Source: Candidatus Levyibacteriota bacterium (GTDB taxonomy: Bacteria > Patescibacteriota > Microgenomatia > Levybacterales > UBA12049). Taken from it: DNA of 64,000 nt. Below, in pieces: positions 28,003-38,052 of the stretch. The position numbers were made by a program, and so were the translations under genes. Under the pieces are notes generated by a model. That model saw only the letters and a program-made list of their open reading frames with translations. It was not told the DNA's origin and did not search any database. Positions within the stretch are counted from its first letter, which is position 1; the number at the start of each line of letters is the position of its first letter. The stretch covers positions 35,448 through 99,447 of the forward strand of contig PJMG01000012.1 of assembly GCA_003173895.1 (NCBI GenBank), given 5' to 3'.

Positions 28003-28755
28003 TTAAAAGTTTTTTGCTCTGTATTTATCTTCAGTTATTTTAGTTAAACTTTGAGTATCTGAGTCAAATTCAAATAAATCTGAGAATGGTGCAACTTTTG
28101 TAGAAGTCATCATACCCTTTATATAATTAATTATTATACCTGGTTCCTGGGTTGTTACTTCTTGTCTACCAACATTACATGCTGCAATAATAATTCTATC
28201 TATAGGTTTACCTTGCTGCTTAGATGTAGAAATAATATGATTAATTAACTCTTGTATTGGTGCACCATGAGGAGTATCTGCGTTTTTAAAAACTTTCCAA
28301 GGTTTACCTCCTCCTTCACCAACAATAACTACTATGTGTTCTTTTCTTCCCAATTCTTCCTCTCTCGTTTTTACTCTCTCTTCTACCATGGTTAGTCTAT
28401 ATTTAGAATCACTAAGCACCCAACTAATAGCATCCTCTCTATTCTTTTCATTTGCACGCTTACCAAATCTTCTTGTTGCAGTTATTGCTAACCTACCTAC
28501 TAACTCCCTTACACCGCTAGGCACATAATATGTAATATCACCTAAGCCTGAAGTATTATTCAAGGAAGATAATGCTGAAATTCCCTCAAAGTTATTATCC
28601 AAATTATATGACACAATATCAAATTGCACATTGTTAATCGCAAAAGCTCCTCTTTTTAGAGTAAATGCTCTTTCTTCCTCATTTATTGAGAACATTCTTT
28701 CAGCAAATTCATTTGGCATATAGGTAATGTTAGCACCCATTCTCATAAATGTCAA
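28003..28755 (-). CDS. Hypothetical protein with caspase-like H-G ... A-C-x-x-G dyad signature (candidate clan CD cysteine peptidase)
   Basis: Beta-strand HIVVIVGEGGG then ADTPHG, and ~35 aa later IIIAACNVGRQ. This arrangement resembles the His-Gly / Ala-Cys catalytic dyad of caspase/CHAT/gingipain-like folds. Composition differs from neighbouring K/N-rich genes. Confidence 0.35.
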   Translation of the reverse strand: MTFMRMGANITYMPNEFAERMFSINEEERAFTLKRGAFAINNVQFDIVSYNLDNNFEGISALSSLNNTSGLGDITYYVPSGVRELVGRLAITATRRFGKRANEKNREDAISWVLSDSKYRLTMVEERVKTREEELGRKEHIVVIVGEGGGKPWKVFKNADTPHGAPIQELINHIISTSKQQGKPIDRIIIAACNVGRQEVTTQEPGIIINYIKGMMTSTKVAPFSDLFEFDSDTQSLTKITEDKYRAKNF

Positions 28756-28910
28756 TATTATAGGCTATCTAGTTTCATTCAAAGAAATAATAAGAGTTTA
28801 TTTTATTTTGCAAAATTTTTTTTAGATATTTCTTAAAGATATAGATTTTCTTTCTTACAATTCTCTAACTTGTAATCATTATTACATTTATGTTAAATTG
28901 TAATAATTAT

Positions 28911-29915
28911 ATGGCCAAGAAAGCTTTAATAATTGGAATAACTTCCCAAGATGGATCATATTTAGCGGATCTTCTTTTAGAAAAAGGTTATGAAGTAATT
29001 GGAACATTAAGACGCAGCACTAATTATGTACATGAAAATATTAAACATCTTTATGGAAAAGTAAATTTAGAATTTGCCGATTTACTTGATTTTGAGAGTA
29101 TTGCCAGACTTATTAGAATTTATAAGCCAGACGAAATATATAATATCGCTTCTCAATCAGTCCCTGCTGATAGTTGGAATTTACCTTATTACACTGCTGA
29201 AATTACAGGAATTGGTCCACTTCGGGTTTTAGAAGCAGTAAGACAATTTCATCCGGAAGCTAAACTTTATCAAGCTACCACTCGCGAAATTTTTGGAAAT
29301 ATTACAGCAGATTCTGCTAATGAAGATACACTTTTTGATGCAAATAATCCTTATGGAATTGCGAAAACATATGCACATCTTATGGTTAAATGTTATCGAG
29401 AATCATATGGTATGTTCGCAACTGGTGGAATCTTATTTAATCATGAAAGTCCTCGTCGTGGACTTTGGTTCGTAACCCGAAAAGTGACAGCAGCCGTAGC
29501 TTGTATTAAAAATGGAGTTAAAAATCCACCCATGAATGAAATGGGTGAACCGTTAATCACACCTGACTTTAAGTTACACTTAGGAGATTTAACTTCTCAA
29601 AGAGACTGGGGTTATGCTAAAGAATATGTAGAAGCTATGTGGCTTATCTTACAGCACGATAAACCTATGGATTATATTATAGGCACTAATACCACTCATA
29701 ATGTGGAAGAATTATGTAAAGTCGCATTTGCACATGCAGGATTAAATTATAAAGATCATGTAGTTTCTAATAAAAAGTTTTTCAGACCGACTGAAATTAA
29801 ACCTCTAAAAGGTGATTATTCCAGGGCTAAAAAAGAATTAGGTTGGGAACCAAAAACTTCTTTTGAAGATTTGATAAAACTTATGGTCGATTCCGATCTC
29901 CAAACCTTCAAGTAA
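28911..29915 (+). CDS. gmd: GDP-mannose 4,6-dehydratase
   Basis: MAKKALIIGITSQDGSYLADLLLEKGYEV start; NHESPRRG motif; RDWGYAKEYVEAMWLILQ. The ORF-track start at 28890 adds 7 unlikely residues. Confidence 0.85.
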   Translation: MAKKALIIGITSQDGSYLADLLLEKGYEVIGTLRRSTNYVHENIKHLYGKVNLEFADLLDFESIARLIRIYKPDEIYNIASQSVPADSWNLPYYTAEITGIGPLRVLEAVRQFHPEAKLYQATTREIFGNITADSANEDTLFDANNPYGIAKTYAHLMVKCYRESYGMFATGGILFNHESPRRGLWFVTRKVTAAVACIKNGVKNPPMNEMGEPLITPDFKLHLGDLTSQRDWGYAKEYVEAMWLILQHDKPMDYIIGTNTTHNVEELCKVAFAHAGLNYKDHVVSNKKFFRPTEIKPLKGDYSRAKKELGWEPKTSFEDLIKLMVDSDLQTFK

Positions 29916-29916
29916 T

Positions 29917-30489
29917 ATGGCAGAAGTATTATTAATAAATCCCTTTAATTTTATTCAAAGTATCCCAAGACGTGTTGAAAGAGCCAACAATTATGATCTT
30001 TCTCATACTTCATATGAAATAGCTTTAGAAGTAACTAGAGAATATTTAGATTATGTAGAAAATGAAGGAAAAGAACCCCAGCGCTTAAGTGAATTTCAAA
30101 TTCATCAATCAGCCAATGGAGAAATTTTTTTACAAACAATGACAGGTTTAGTAAAAGAAATCACAGAAAATCCATCTAATGAATATAATAGGAGACGAAT
30201 AGAAATTGCTAAGGAATTAAATGCTAATACTTCTGATGAAGAAAGATATAATCTAGCAAAAAGATTTTTAGATGAGTCAAATAATTATTATGCTTCTCTT
30301 AGTGGTTTAGCAGCAACGGGAGCGGTTGAAAGAAGAGCCAAACTTTTAAAATTGCAAGATACAGATATGAATTTATTTCAAGTAAATGTAATTATTGGCT
30401 CTATGTTAGTTCTACAGAGTGAAATAGCTGATATTAGTGAACATCCTCAAGATACAAGACATAAAAGAATACAGCAAATAGGAGAATAA
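29917..30489 (+). CDS. Hypothetical protein (190 aa)
   Basis: ORF 1 nt after the gmd stop; helical/charged; no motif recognised. Confidence 0.4.
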   Translation: MAEVLLINPFNFIQSIPRRVERANNYDLSHTSYEIALEVTREYLDYVENEGKEPQRLSEFQIHQSANGEIFLQTMTGLVKEITENPSNEYNRRRIEIAKELNANTSDEERYNLAKRFLDESNNYYASLSGLAATGAVERRAKLLKLQDTDMNLFQVNVIIGSMLVLQSEIADISEHPQDTRHKRIQQIGE

Positions 30490-30490
30490 G

Positions 30491-31447
30491 TTAATTCTGA
30501 TTTCTCCACCACTCTAATATCTCTCCCAAACTTTTTTCAAAAGGAATTTCGGGGGACCAACCGGTTAGATTTTTTAGTTTAGAAGCGTCACAAATAAGAT
30601 CAGGAATATCACTAGGACGAATTCTGGTTGGATCGGTTTCGACTTTAATAGTCATTTTAGCATGAGAAATGAAAAAATCTAAAATTTCTTTTATTTGATG
30701 AGAAACTCCTGAACCGATATTATAAACTTCCCCGATTTCTCCTTTTTCCATGAGAAGTACGTAGGCTTTCACTACATCTCGTACATCTATAAAATCGCGT
30801 TTAGGATCCAAATTGCCTACTTTAATAATTGGCTCCTGTAAACCTTTTTCTATTTCTGCTATCTGTTTAGCAAAATCTGATGTCACAAAACCGGTTTTTT
30901 GACCAGGTCCTATATGAGTAAAAGGACGAACGCGAATAATAGGCATTTTATAGCTTTTACCGTATTGATAAGCTAAAGCATCACACGCTACTTTAGAGAC
31001 TGCATATGGATTACCGGGTCTAAATGGAGTTTCTTCATCGATAGGTAAATCTTCAGGTTTTACATACCCATAGACATCAGCTGATAAAACGATTAATGTT
31101 TTAGTTTCTGTCAAACCTAATTCTTTTAAACTTTCAAAAAGAAATAACTCTGAATCAATATTATTATGTAACGTCTCTAGTGGATTTTTAATACTTTCCC
31201 CTATAGCTGCCTGAGCTGCCAAATGATAAATTTGATCAGGTTTAATATCTTCTAAAACTTGTTTTAAGTTTTCTCTATTGGTTAGATCTAACTGTACAAA
31301 TTTTATTTTATCTTTAACTGGAGAATTATTTTTAGAATCTTCTGAGTGGTAAGTTCCATAAATTTCGCAGTCACCCAAAGTTAACAAGTGTTGAGCTAAA
31401 TAAGTTCCTACAAATCCTGAAGCACCTGTGATTAAAACTTTCTTCAT
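30491..31447 (-). CDS. NAD-dependent epimerase/dehydratase, GDP-4-keto-6-deoxy-D-mannose reductase (Rmd)-like
   Basis: Rossmann GASGFVGTYL; Y-x3-K (YAVSKVACD). ~318 aa. Genomic linkage to gmd. Confidence 0.6.
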   Translation of the reverse strand: MKKVLITGASGFVGTYLAQHLLTLGDCEIYGTYHSEDSKNNSPVKDKIKFVQLDLTNRENLKQVLEDIKPDQIYHLAAQAAIGESIKNPLETLHNNIDSELFLFESLKELGLTETKTLIVLSADVYGYVKPEDLPIDEETPFRPGNPYAVSKVACDALAYQYGKSYKMPIIRVRPFTHIGPGQKTGFVTSDFAKQIAEIEKGLQEPIIKVGNLDPKRDFIDVRDVVKAYVLLMEKGEIGEVYNIGSGVSHQIKEILDFFISHAKMTIKVETDPTRIRPSDIPDLICDASKLKNLTGWSPEIPFEKSLGEILEWWRNQN

Positions 31448-32736
31448 CTACCTACTCCAACATAATTAAATCCTAATTCTTTTGCTTTTTCGGGTTCATA
31501 AATATTTCTTCCATCGACTAAATTAGGCTCTTTCATAACTGACTTCAATTCTCTTAAGTCTAATTGTTTAAATTCATTCCAATCAGTCACTATTATTAAA
31601 ACATCTACATCTGTAGCTGCTTCGATAGCATTATTAGTATAAACAATATTTGGCAAGATTTTTCGAGCCTTTTCCATCGCAATAGGATCAAAAGCTTTAA
31701 CCGAAGCACCATGATTTAAAAGTTCATTAATTATTATAATCGAGGGCGCATCTCGCATATCGTCAGTATCAGGTTTAAATGAAAGGCCTAAAATACCTAC
31801 TGTTTTTCCTTCTAATTCACCTACTAATGATTTAGTTTTCTTTACAATATTTAAAATAGTTTGTTTATTTACTTCCTCAGCAGATTTCAATAAGGTAAAA
31901 TCATAATCTTCTCCTTTAGCTATATGAATTAAAGCTTTAACATCTTTAGGAAAACAGGAACCACCATAACCAGCTCCAGGACTTAAAAAATATCCACCAA
32001 TACGTTTATCTAAACTTATACCTTCCAGAACTTGCAATCCATCTGCTCCTAATTTTTCAGCTAAATGAGCTATTGCATTAGCGTAGGAAATTTTAGTCGC
32101 TAAGAAAGAATTAGCCGCATATTTTATAAGCTCAGCTGTAGGAATATTAGTTAAAACTCTTTTACCACCAATAGGTTTATGTAATTCTACTAAAATATTT
32201 CTGGCTTTATCTGAATATGTACCGATAACTACACGATCTGGATTTAATGTATCTGAAATAGCTTGACCTTCTCTTAAGAATTCTGGAGTGGAAGCCATAT
32301 CAAACTCAGCTTTTTCAGGTTTTACTTTATTGATTACTGCTTCTAGTTCTTTATGCGTTCCTACTGGAACTGTACTTTTAGTTACTACTACTGTATATCC
32401 ATCTAAATTTTTACCAATCTCCTCGGCTACCTGCTTTACTACAGTAAGATCTGCTTCTCCTGTAACAGGTTTAGGTGGAGTACCAACTGCTATAAATACT
32501 ACTTCTGACTGTGGAATGGCTTCTTTAAAATCTAATGTAAAATGAAGACGATTAGCTGCTAAATTTCTTTTTACTATTTCTTCCAGTCCTGGTTCATAAA
32601 TAGGTAGAAATCCTTTTTTTAAACCTTCTACTTTATCTGGAGTATGTCCAACTACAAAAACATCATTACCTAAGTCCGCGAAAATAGAAGCTGTAACTAA
32701 ACCTACGTATCCATGTCCTATAAATGCTATTTTCAT
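31444..32736 (-). CDS. ugd: UDP-glucose 6-dehydrogenase
   Basis: N-terminal NAD-binding GHGYVGLVTA. Catalytic Cys region (GGSCFPKDV). 430 aa. Confidence 0.85.
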   Translation of the reverse strand: MKIAFIGHGYVGLVTASIFADLGNDVFVVGHTPDKVEGLKKGFLPIYEPGLEEIVKRNLAANRLHFTLDFKEAIPQSEVVFIAVGTPPKPVTGEADLTVVKQVAEEIGKNLDGYTVVVTKSTVPVGTHKELEAVINKVKPEKAEFDMASTPEFLREGQAISDTLNPDRVVIGTYSDKARNILVELHKPIGGKRVLTNIPTAELIKYAANSFLATKISYANAIAHLAEKLGADGLQVLEGISLDKRIGGYFLSPGAGYGGSCFPKDVKALIHIAKGEDYDFTLLKSAEEVNKQTILNIVKKTKSLVGELEGKTVGILGLSFKPDTDDMRDAPSIIIINELLNHGASVKAFDPIAMEKARKILPNIVYTNNAIEAATDVDVLIIVTDWNEFKQLDLRELKSVMKEPNLVDGRNIYEPEKAKELGFNYVGVGR

Positions 32737-32804
32737 AAATTGATATTAATATTTTAACATTACTTTAAAATATATGAAACTATTATTTTGAAAACTAAGT
32801 ACTG

Positions 32805-33257
32805 TTAGTTTAATTGTTTAATTATTTTAAATCCACTACCTTCTGCTTCTAATTGAAACCCATTTTGTGTATAAAAATTTGGTAGCCAAGGCTGTGTCTG
32901 AATATCGCTTGCTGAAATCTGTCCGTCAATTCTTTTAGCACCAAATCGGCGGGCTCGCCTTTCTAATTCTGCTAAAATTGCTGTACCTACTCCTCTTCTT
33001 CTGTTAACTTTAGTTCCTTGATTGGAATCAACATCAATCCTAGCTAAATAAACATATCTATCTCTTTCTTCATATTGATTTGAAGATATATTAAATTCTT
33101 TTTTTATACTAAATGTGGCTGTTGCTAAACCCACTTTAGTTCCATCTAATAACCCTTCTATCTGAATTGTTTCAAAGAGATTATTTCTTAGCTCATTTTC
33201 CCATGAACGATCGTCAAAAATGTATGCAGTGTTATCTGTAATTTGTGCTTCTACCAT
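32805..33257 (-). CDS. GNAT family N-acetyltransferase
   Basis: Acetyl-CoA motif RRRGVGTAILAELERRA. 150 aa. Confidence 0.6.
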   Translation of the reverse strand: MVEAQITDNTAYIFDDRSWENELRNNLFETIQIEGLLDGTKVGLATATFSIKKEFNISSNQYEERDRYVYLARIDVDSNQGTKVNRRRGVGTAILAELERRARRFGAKRIDGQISASDIQTQPWLPNFYTQNGFQLEAEGSGFKIIKQLN

Positions 33258-33340
33258 AGAGGAGATTTTATCTATTTTTCTTTAAAAAAGCAATTTGTTA
33301 AGTGTTTGTATTTTTTATTTTATTCACAGAATTTTAGTAA

Positions 33341-35401
33341 TTAAGATCTAGGAATACAAAAAATAAATTCATTAAAAAAAAAGCGTCTGTCATAAGGTGT
33401 ACCACGATAGGAACTTAATTTCAATTTATCTTCTCTACGACGAATATCAAATATTAAACCCAATATTGGTTTCATTGCTATATTAACAGTCTCATCATTT
33501 TGTAATTCATCCCCATAATGAAGTGCTAGATATGGCCCTATTTCTGGAGGACAAAGATCTAATCCTAAATCTGTTGCCGCCTGATAAATATCTCCAATTG
33601 CTACATAAGGAGGAGAAAAATAAGAAGGTAAATCATTTGCTCTTAATCTTATTAAATCTAAATCTATCGGAGATTGTAATGTCGTAAAATCTGTATTTAA
33701 CATCATAGCCTTTGCCTCTTCACCTATACTAATACCTTTTAACTCTAACTCACGTAGTAATTGTGCAGGAGTTTTAATTGGATCAATTTTAAGCTTTTCT
33801 ATTTTTATTTTTCTACCTGGGAATGATAAATATATTTCATTAACATTATATAATTGTAATTTTTGGAAAATTCCAGCTTCTAAAGAACCTATACTTCCTG
33901 TGTGTATATATACCTTTGTAAATGCATTAATGCTTTCTAAGTTAAGAGCAATTTGCTCTGGTTTATATTCTAAAATAATTGCTGCATCAACGTTAAGATC
34001 TCTGGTCTTTCTTAATTCATAAACTCTTGGATCATTACCTTGTCCAAATCCTTCAATAGGACCATCAAGTTCATATAAAAATCGTACTTCTTCTCGCGTT
34101 AAATCTTTATCAGCTTTTGATTTATTATAAATTTCTGTTAATCGTTTCATATTTTCGGTTCGTTTTTGATAAGCTTTACCATCAGGGAATTCTTGAAGTT
34201 TTTTCTCAACAACCGAATAGATATAGGGGTCTAAATTTTGATTTTCTGTAACTCCTCGTACTTCACCAATCTTATCTCCTTCCATTCTAATTGCTACTCT
34301 AGGAATAGTTGGATTTCCAGCTCTATCCAACGAATAATAAACATAGAAATCTCCTCCTTTCAATTGCTGTCTAGCAGTTGATTCACCTGCGGTACACCAA
34401 CCTGTACTATATCCTATCCTAGATGCTTTTTGTAATGAAGGAACTAATGGTTCAGCTTCAATTGCTTTAGAATCCATTTCTATATGTGGTCTATAAGTCA
34501 TAGGATCAGAATTTCTTGGAAATTTAATCCATACACCTTCTGTTTTATTTAAGAGTTCTCTTGAACCATGTATAATTTTTTCAATTGCCCATGCATATAG
34601 CTTTGCAAAATTTTCTCCTGCTAAAAGTTGTTCAAATCTTTGGCGATCATTTATATCTAAATTAGACAGATCTGTTTGTTTAACTATGTATTTTTTTTCA
34701 ATTGCATCAAGTACATAACTAAGTGCCTCTGGATTAAGCTCAGGAAATGTTTTAGTAGTATCATAAGAACGATTACCAAATGCTTTTTTATCCTTATCAT
34801 ATGTACTCATTTGTAAGATACTACGAAAAGTCCAATATTTTAACCAATCTGGGTAAGGTGCATAACTAGAAGAAAGATAGTCAATCCAACTATCAAGAGA
34901 GTTTTTTTGATCAGTAATAGTTGCCTCCGCAAATTGCCTTGGAAGATCGCTTAAGTCTGTAGCTACTAAATCACCACCTTGTCCACGTTCATACATTTGT
35001 AGTATTTGTTTATCAATTGCACTTAATTTATATAGCTTACCTTCTGTATCTATTGGTTTCCCAGCATTATCTCTTTTTGCCACCATAATATCTCTAATTT
35101 CAGGATTGATAGAGAAAGCAGGATTATCAGGTTTTATAATAAATTTTTCATATAAAACTCTTTTTAAAATATCTAGATTTCTTTTCTTCCGATCAAAATC
35201 AGGATAATCTTCTAGTGAAGGAGGATTAATAAGAGAATTTAAACGATCCAGAAAATTTTGGATTCTGGCAGAAGGATTATTTTGAGCGAGATTTTCTCCT
35301 ATATGTAAATAATTATGTTTAGCTGCTGATTGCACTTCAGAACTCGTACGCAAAGAGGAATATTTTTTATCTAAAAATTTAGGACCTGCACTTTCTGGCA
35401 T
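33341..35401 (-). CDS. Large uncharacterised soluble protein (686 aa) embedded in dTDP-rhamnose operon
   Basis: Starts 3 nt after the rfbD stop. No TM, no recognisable catalytic motif (no Walker A, HExxH, DxD). Non-K/N-rich composition unlike the genome background. Confidence 0.5.
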   Translation of the reverse strand: MPESAGPKFLDKKYSSLRTSSEVQSAAKHNYLHIGENLAQNNPSARIQNFLDRLNSLINPPSLEDYPDFDRKKRNLDILKRVLYEKFIIKPDNPAFSINPEIRDIMVAKRDNAGKPIDTEGKLYKLSAIDKQILQMYERGQGGDLVATDLSDLPRQFAEATITDQKNSLDSWIDYLSSSYAPYPDWLKYWTFRSILQMSTYDKDKKAFGNRSYDTTKTFPELNPEALSYVLDAIEKKYIVKQTDLSNLDINDRQRFEQLLAGENFAKLYAWAIEKIIHGSRELLNKTEGVWIKFPRNSDPMTYRPHIEMDSKAIEAEPLVPSLQKASRIGYSTGWCTAGESTARQQLKGGDFYVYYSLDRAGNPTIPRVAIRMEGDKIGEVRGVTENQNLDPYIYSVVEKKLQEFPDGKAYQKRTENMKRLTEIYNKSKADKDLTREEVRFLYELDGPIEGFGQGNDPRVYELRKTRDLNVDAAIILEYKPEQIALNLESINAFTKVYIHTGSIGSLEAGIFQKLQLYNVNEIYLSFPGRKIKIEKLKIDPIKTPAQLLRELELKGISIGEEAKAMMLNTDFTTLQSPIDLDLIRLRANDLPSYFSPPYVAIGDIYQAATDLGLDLCPPEIGPYLALHYGDELQNDETVNIAMKPILGLIFDIRRREDKLKLSSYRGTPYDRRFFFNEFIFCIPRS

Positions 35402-35404
35402 ATA

Positions 35405-36286
35405 TTATATATTATAATTTAATTGCCTTTTTATTTCTTCCAATCCTTCTCTAAATGTCTTTAAATTTACGCCCAATTTTTTTATTTTATTGTTATTAAG
35501 CGATGAGTTATATGGTTCTTTTGGCTTATCAATTAAAAATTCTGCTCGTGTTGTAGAAGCTATTAAACTTTTATCCAATCCGGAAACGTTGGCTATTTCT
35601 AAAGCCGCATCATAAATACTTAGTGAAGTATCACCCACTACATGATAAATACCGTTAGCGCTATTTTCGATCAAGATATCAACTGCTGTTGCTATGTCAT
35701 CTATAAAAGTAGGAGTAATAATTCTATCTTTTAAAACTGTTAATTGTTCTTTATTTTTAAGTTTTTGTATAAATAGCCTGACAAAATCATTTTTCTCATA
35801 ATTAGCTCTGTATGGATAAGCTACGCGAGTAATAGTCCATAGAGTTTTTATATTTTTTACTCTTAATTCTCCTTCATATTTAGTCTGAGCATACCAGTTA
35901 AGTGGATTTTCGCGATCTCTCTCTGTATAACCTCCCTCGGGCGTATTTTCTCCATCGAAAACTAAATCTGTAGAAAAATAAATAAGCGGAATATTATTCT
36001 CTTCACAAACTTGAGCCACATTTTCTGTCCCTAAAACATTTATTTTCCACGCTTCACTTTTTTCACCCAAGTTTCTATCCAATTCTGCCTGTTTTACATT
36101 AGTATATGCTGCTAAATGTAAAACAAAATCTGGTCTTAAATCCTGAAGAGATTTTTGAACACTTTCTTTACTCGTTATATCTACGCCTGTACTTCTACTA
36201 ATATTTTCAAAAGTATATTTATCTTTAAGAAGTTCTAAAATTCTGGAACCAATTAATCCATTTAAACCAGTAGCTAAAATTTTCAT
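35405..36286 (-). CDS. rfbD: dTDP-4-dehydrorhamnose reductase
   Basis: N-terminal Rossmann GLNGLIGS; Y-x3-K (YAQTKYEGE). 293 aa. 4-nt overlap with rfbB. Confidence 0.8.
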   Translation of the reverse strand: MKILATGLNGLIGSRILELLKDKYTFENISRSTGVDITSKESVQKSLQDLRPDFVLHLAAYTNVKQAELDRNLGEKSEAWKINVLGTENVAQVCEENNIPLIYFSTDLVFDGENTPEGGYTERDRENPLNWYAQTKYEGELRVKNIKTLWTITRVAYPYRANYEKNDFVRLFIQKLKNKEQLTVLKDRIITPTFIDDIATAVDILIENSANGIYHVVGDTSLSIYDAALEIANVSGLDKSLIASTTRAEFLIDKPKEPYNSSLNNNKIKKLGVNLKTFREGLEEIKRQLNYNI

Positions 36287-37308
36287 AATTGGTCAATATT
36301 TCCGCCTAAGTTATTACGCATTATTTCTTCATAATCCTCTTTTTTTATTTGCTCCCACCAGCTTCTATTTTCTATATACCAATCAACAGTTTTTTTAAGC
36401 CATGTATCAAAATCATGTAAAGGTTTCCATCCAAGTTCTTTATTAATTTTAGTCCAGTCCACATTATATTTTCTATCATTACCTTGTCTATCTTTAACAA
36501 ATTTAATATGCTCTTCACCCATATCTAAAACTTTTAAAATCCTCTTAACTACTTCTAAATTAGAAATTCCTTTATGCATTCCACCGATTAAATAAGTTTC
36601 ACCTATTTTACCTTTATTTAAAATTAGCTCAATAGCACGTACATGATCTTCTACATATAACCAATCTCGAACATTTTTACCATCACCATGAACAGGAACT
36701 TTTTTACCCTCTAATAAATTGGTAATCGCGATAGGAATTAATTTTTCCGGATACATCGCAGGTCCAAAATTATTAGAACAGTTACTAATAGTAATCGGCA
36801 AATTATATGTATGATGATAAGCTCTAACTAGATGATCAGCTCCTGCTTTAGTGGCTGAATAAGGACTAGAAGGATTATATGGAGTTTTTTCACTAAACTG
36901 TGAAGTTGTCTCTAAGTTTAAACTACCAAAAACTTCATCAGTAGAAATGTGATGAAATCTTTTTATTTTATGTTTCTTAGCTGCCTCAAGAAGTACATAA
37001 GTTCCGACAATATTAGAATTTATAAAAGGAAGTGGATCCATTATGGAACGATCTACATGTGTTTCTGCTGCAAAGTGAACTACTATATCTACACCACGCA
37101 TAATTTCATCTACTACTTCTGCATTACAAATATCAGCACAAACAAATGAATAATGTGGATTTTCCTGTACGCCTAGGAGATTAGCTAAATTACCTGCGTA
37201 AGTTAATTTATCAATATTAATGATTTTATCTTCTGGATGATTTTTCATCCAATAAAGAATAAAATGCGAACCTATGAATCCTGCCCCTCCAGTTACCAAA
37301 AGCTTCAT
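36283..37308 (-). CDS. rfbB: dTDP-glucose 4,6-dehydratase
   Basis: GGAGFIGSHF; Y-x3-K (YSATKAGAD); classic RfbB length and motifs. Confidence 0.9.
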   Translation of the reverse strand: MKLLVTGGAGFIGSHFILYWMKNHPEDKIINIDKLTYAGNLANLLGVQENPHYSFVCADICNAEVVDEIMRGVDIVVHFAAETHVDRSIMDPLPFINSNIVGTYVLLEAAKKHKIKRFHHISTDEVFGSLNLETTSQFSEKTPYNPSSPYSATKAGADHLVRAYHHTYNLPITISNCSNNFGPAMYPEKLIPIAITNLLEGKKVPVHGDGKNVRDWLYVEDHVRAIELILNKGKIGETYLIGGMHKGISNLEVVKRILKVLDMGEEHIKFVKDRQGNDRKYNVDWTKINKELGWKPLHDFDTWLKKTVDWYIENRSWWEQIKKEDYEEIMRNNLGGNIDQL

Positions 37309-37375
37309 ATTGATTAATTTATCTTAACATTTCTGCTATACCAAATACAATATTAAATGTGTTAATATTATTTCT

Positions 37376-38011
37376 ATGGATCAAACAAATAATTACGAAT
37401 TAGTTATTAAACCCACAGACCCAGATTTTCCCAAAATGATCGAAACTACAGATATTCCAGGATTACTAATTTACCAACGTGAAACTTTCGAAGATAACCG
37501 GGGATTTTTTAGAGAAGCCGTAGAACTACGTGATCTGGAAAAAGTTTTAGGTAAAAAAATAACTGTAACTCAGTGGAATCATTCTTTATCACATTCTAAA
37601 GTTATACGAGGATTTCATGCAGAACCATGGGAAAAAATTATTTATGTGTTAAGAGGTGAAGTAATGGCTGCTATAGTGGATTTAAGATTGGATTCTCCTA
37701 CTTTTGGAAAAGTAGTTACAGTGACTTTAGGAGAAAATAATAGAAAAACTCTTTATTTACCTAAAGGTATGGGAAATTCTTTTTGCGTAACCAGCTCTAC
37801 AGATGCTGAATATATGTATATGATCACTGATTATTTTGAGGGCAAACCCACACCTGCAGTTGCATGGAATGATCCTGTTTTAACCAAACAGTTTGGTGGT
37901 TGGCCTGTAGAAAATCCTATCGTTAGTGAAAAAGATATGAATTATCCTACACTTAAGGAAAAATTTGGTGATCAAGTAGACTTCTCTAAATTTCCCTGGC
38001 TAAATAGTTAA
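37376..38011 (+). CDS. rfbC: dTDP-4-dehydrorhamnose 3,5-epimerase
   Basis: Cupin fold motifs (QRETFEDNRGFFRE ... SKVIRGFHAE ... MYMITDYF). Confidence 0.85.
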   Translation: MDQTNNYELVIKPTDPDFPKMIETTDIPGLLIYQRETFEDNRGFFREAVELRDLEKVLGKKITVTQWNHSLSHSKVIRGFHAEPWEKIIYVLRGEVMAAIVDLRLDSPTFGKVVTVTLGENNRKTLYLPKGMGNSFCVTSSTDAEYMYMITDYFEGKPTPAVAWNDPVLTKQFGGWPVENPIVSEKDMNYPTLKEKFGDQVDFSKFPWLNS

Positions 38012-38019
38012 ATTTCAAT

Positions 38020-38044
38020 GTCATCCTGAACTCGATTCAGAATC
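38020..38044. terminator. Hairpin (TGTCAT repeat-family fragment) between convergent rfbC and kinase genes
   Basis: GTCATCCTGAActcgaTTCAGAATC followed by TTTTAATATT; possible bidirectional terminator. Confidence 0.4.
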
Positions 38045-38052
38045 TTTTAATA

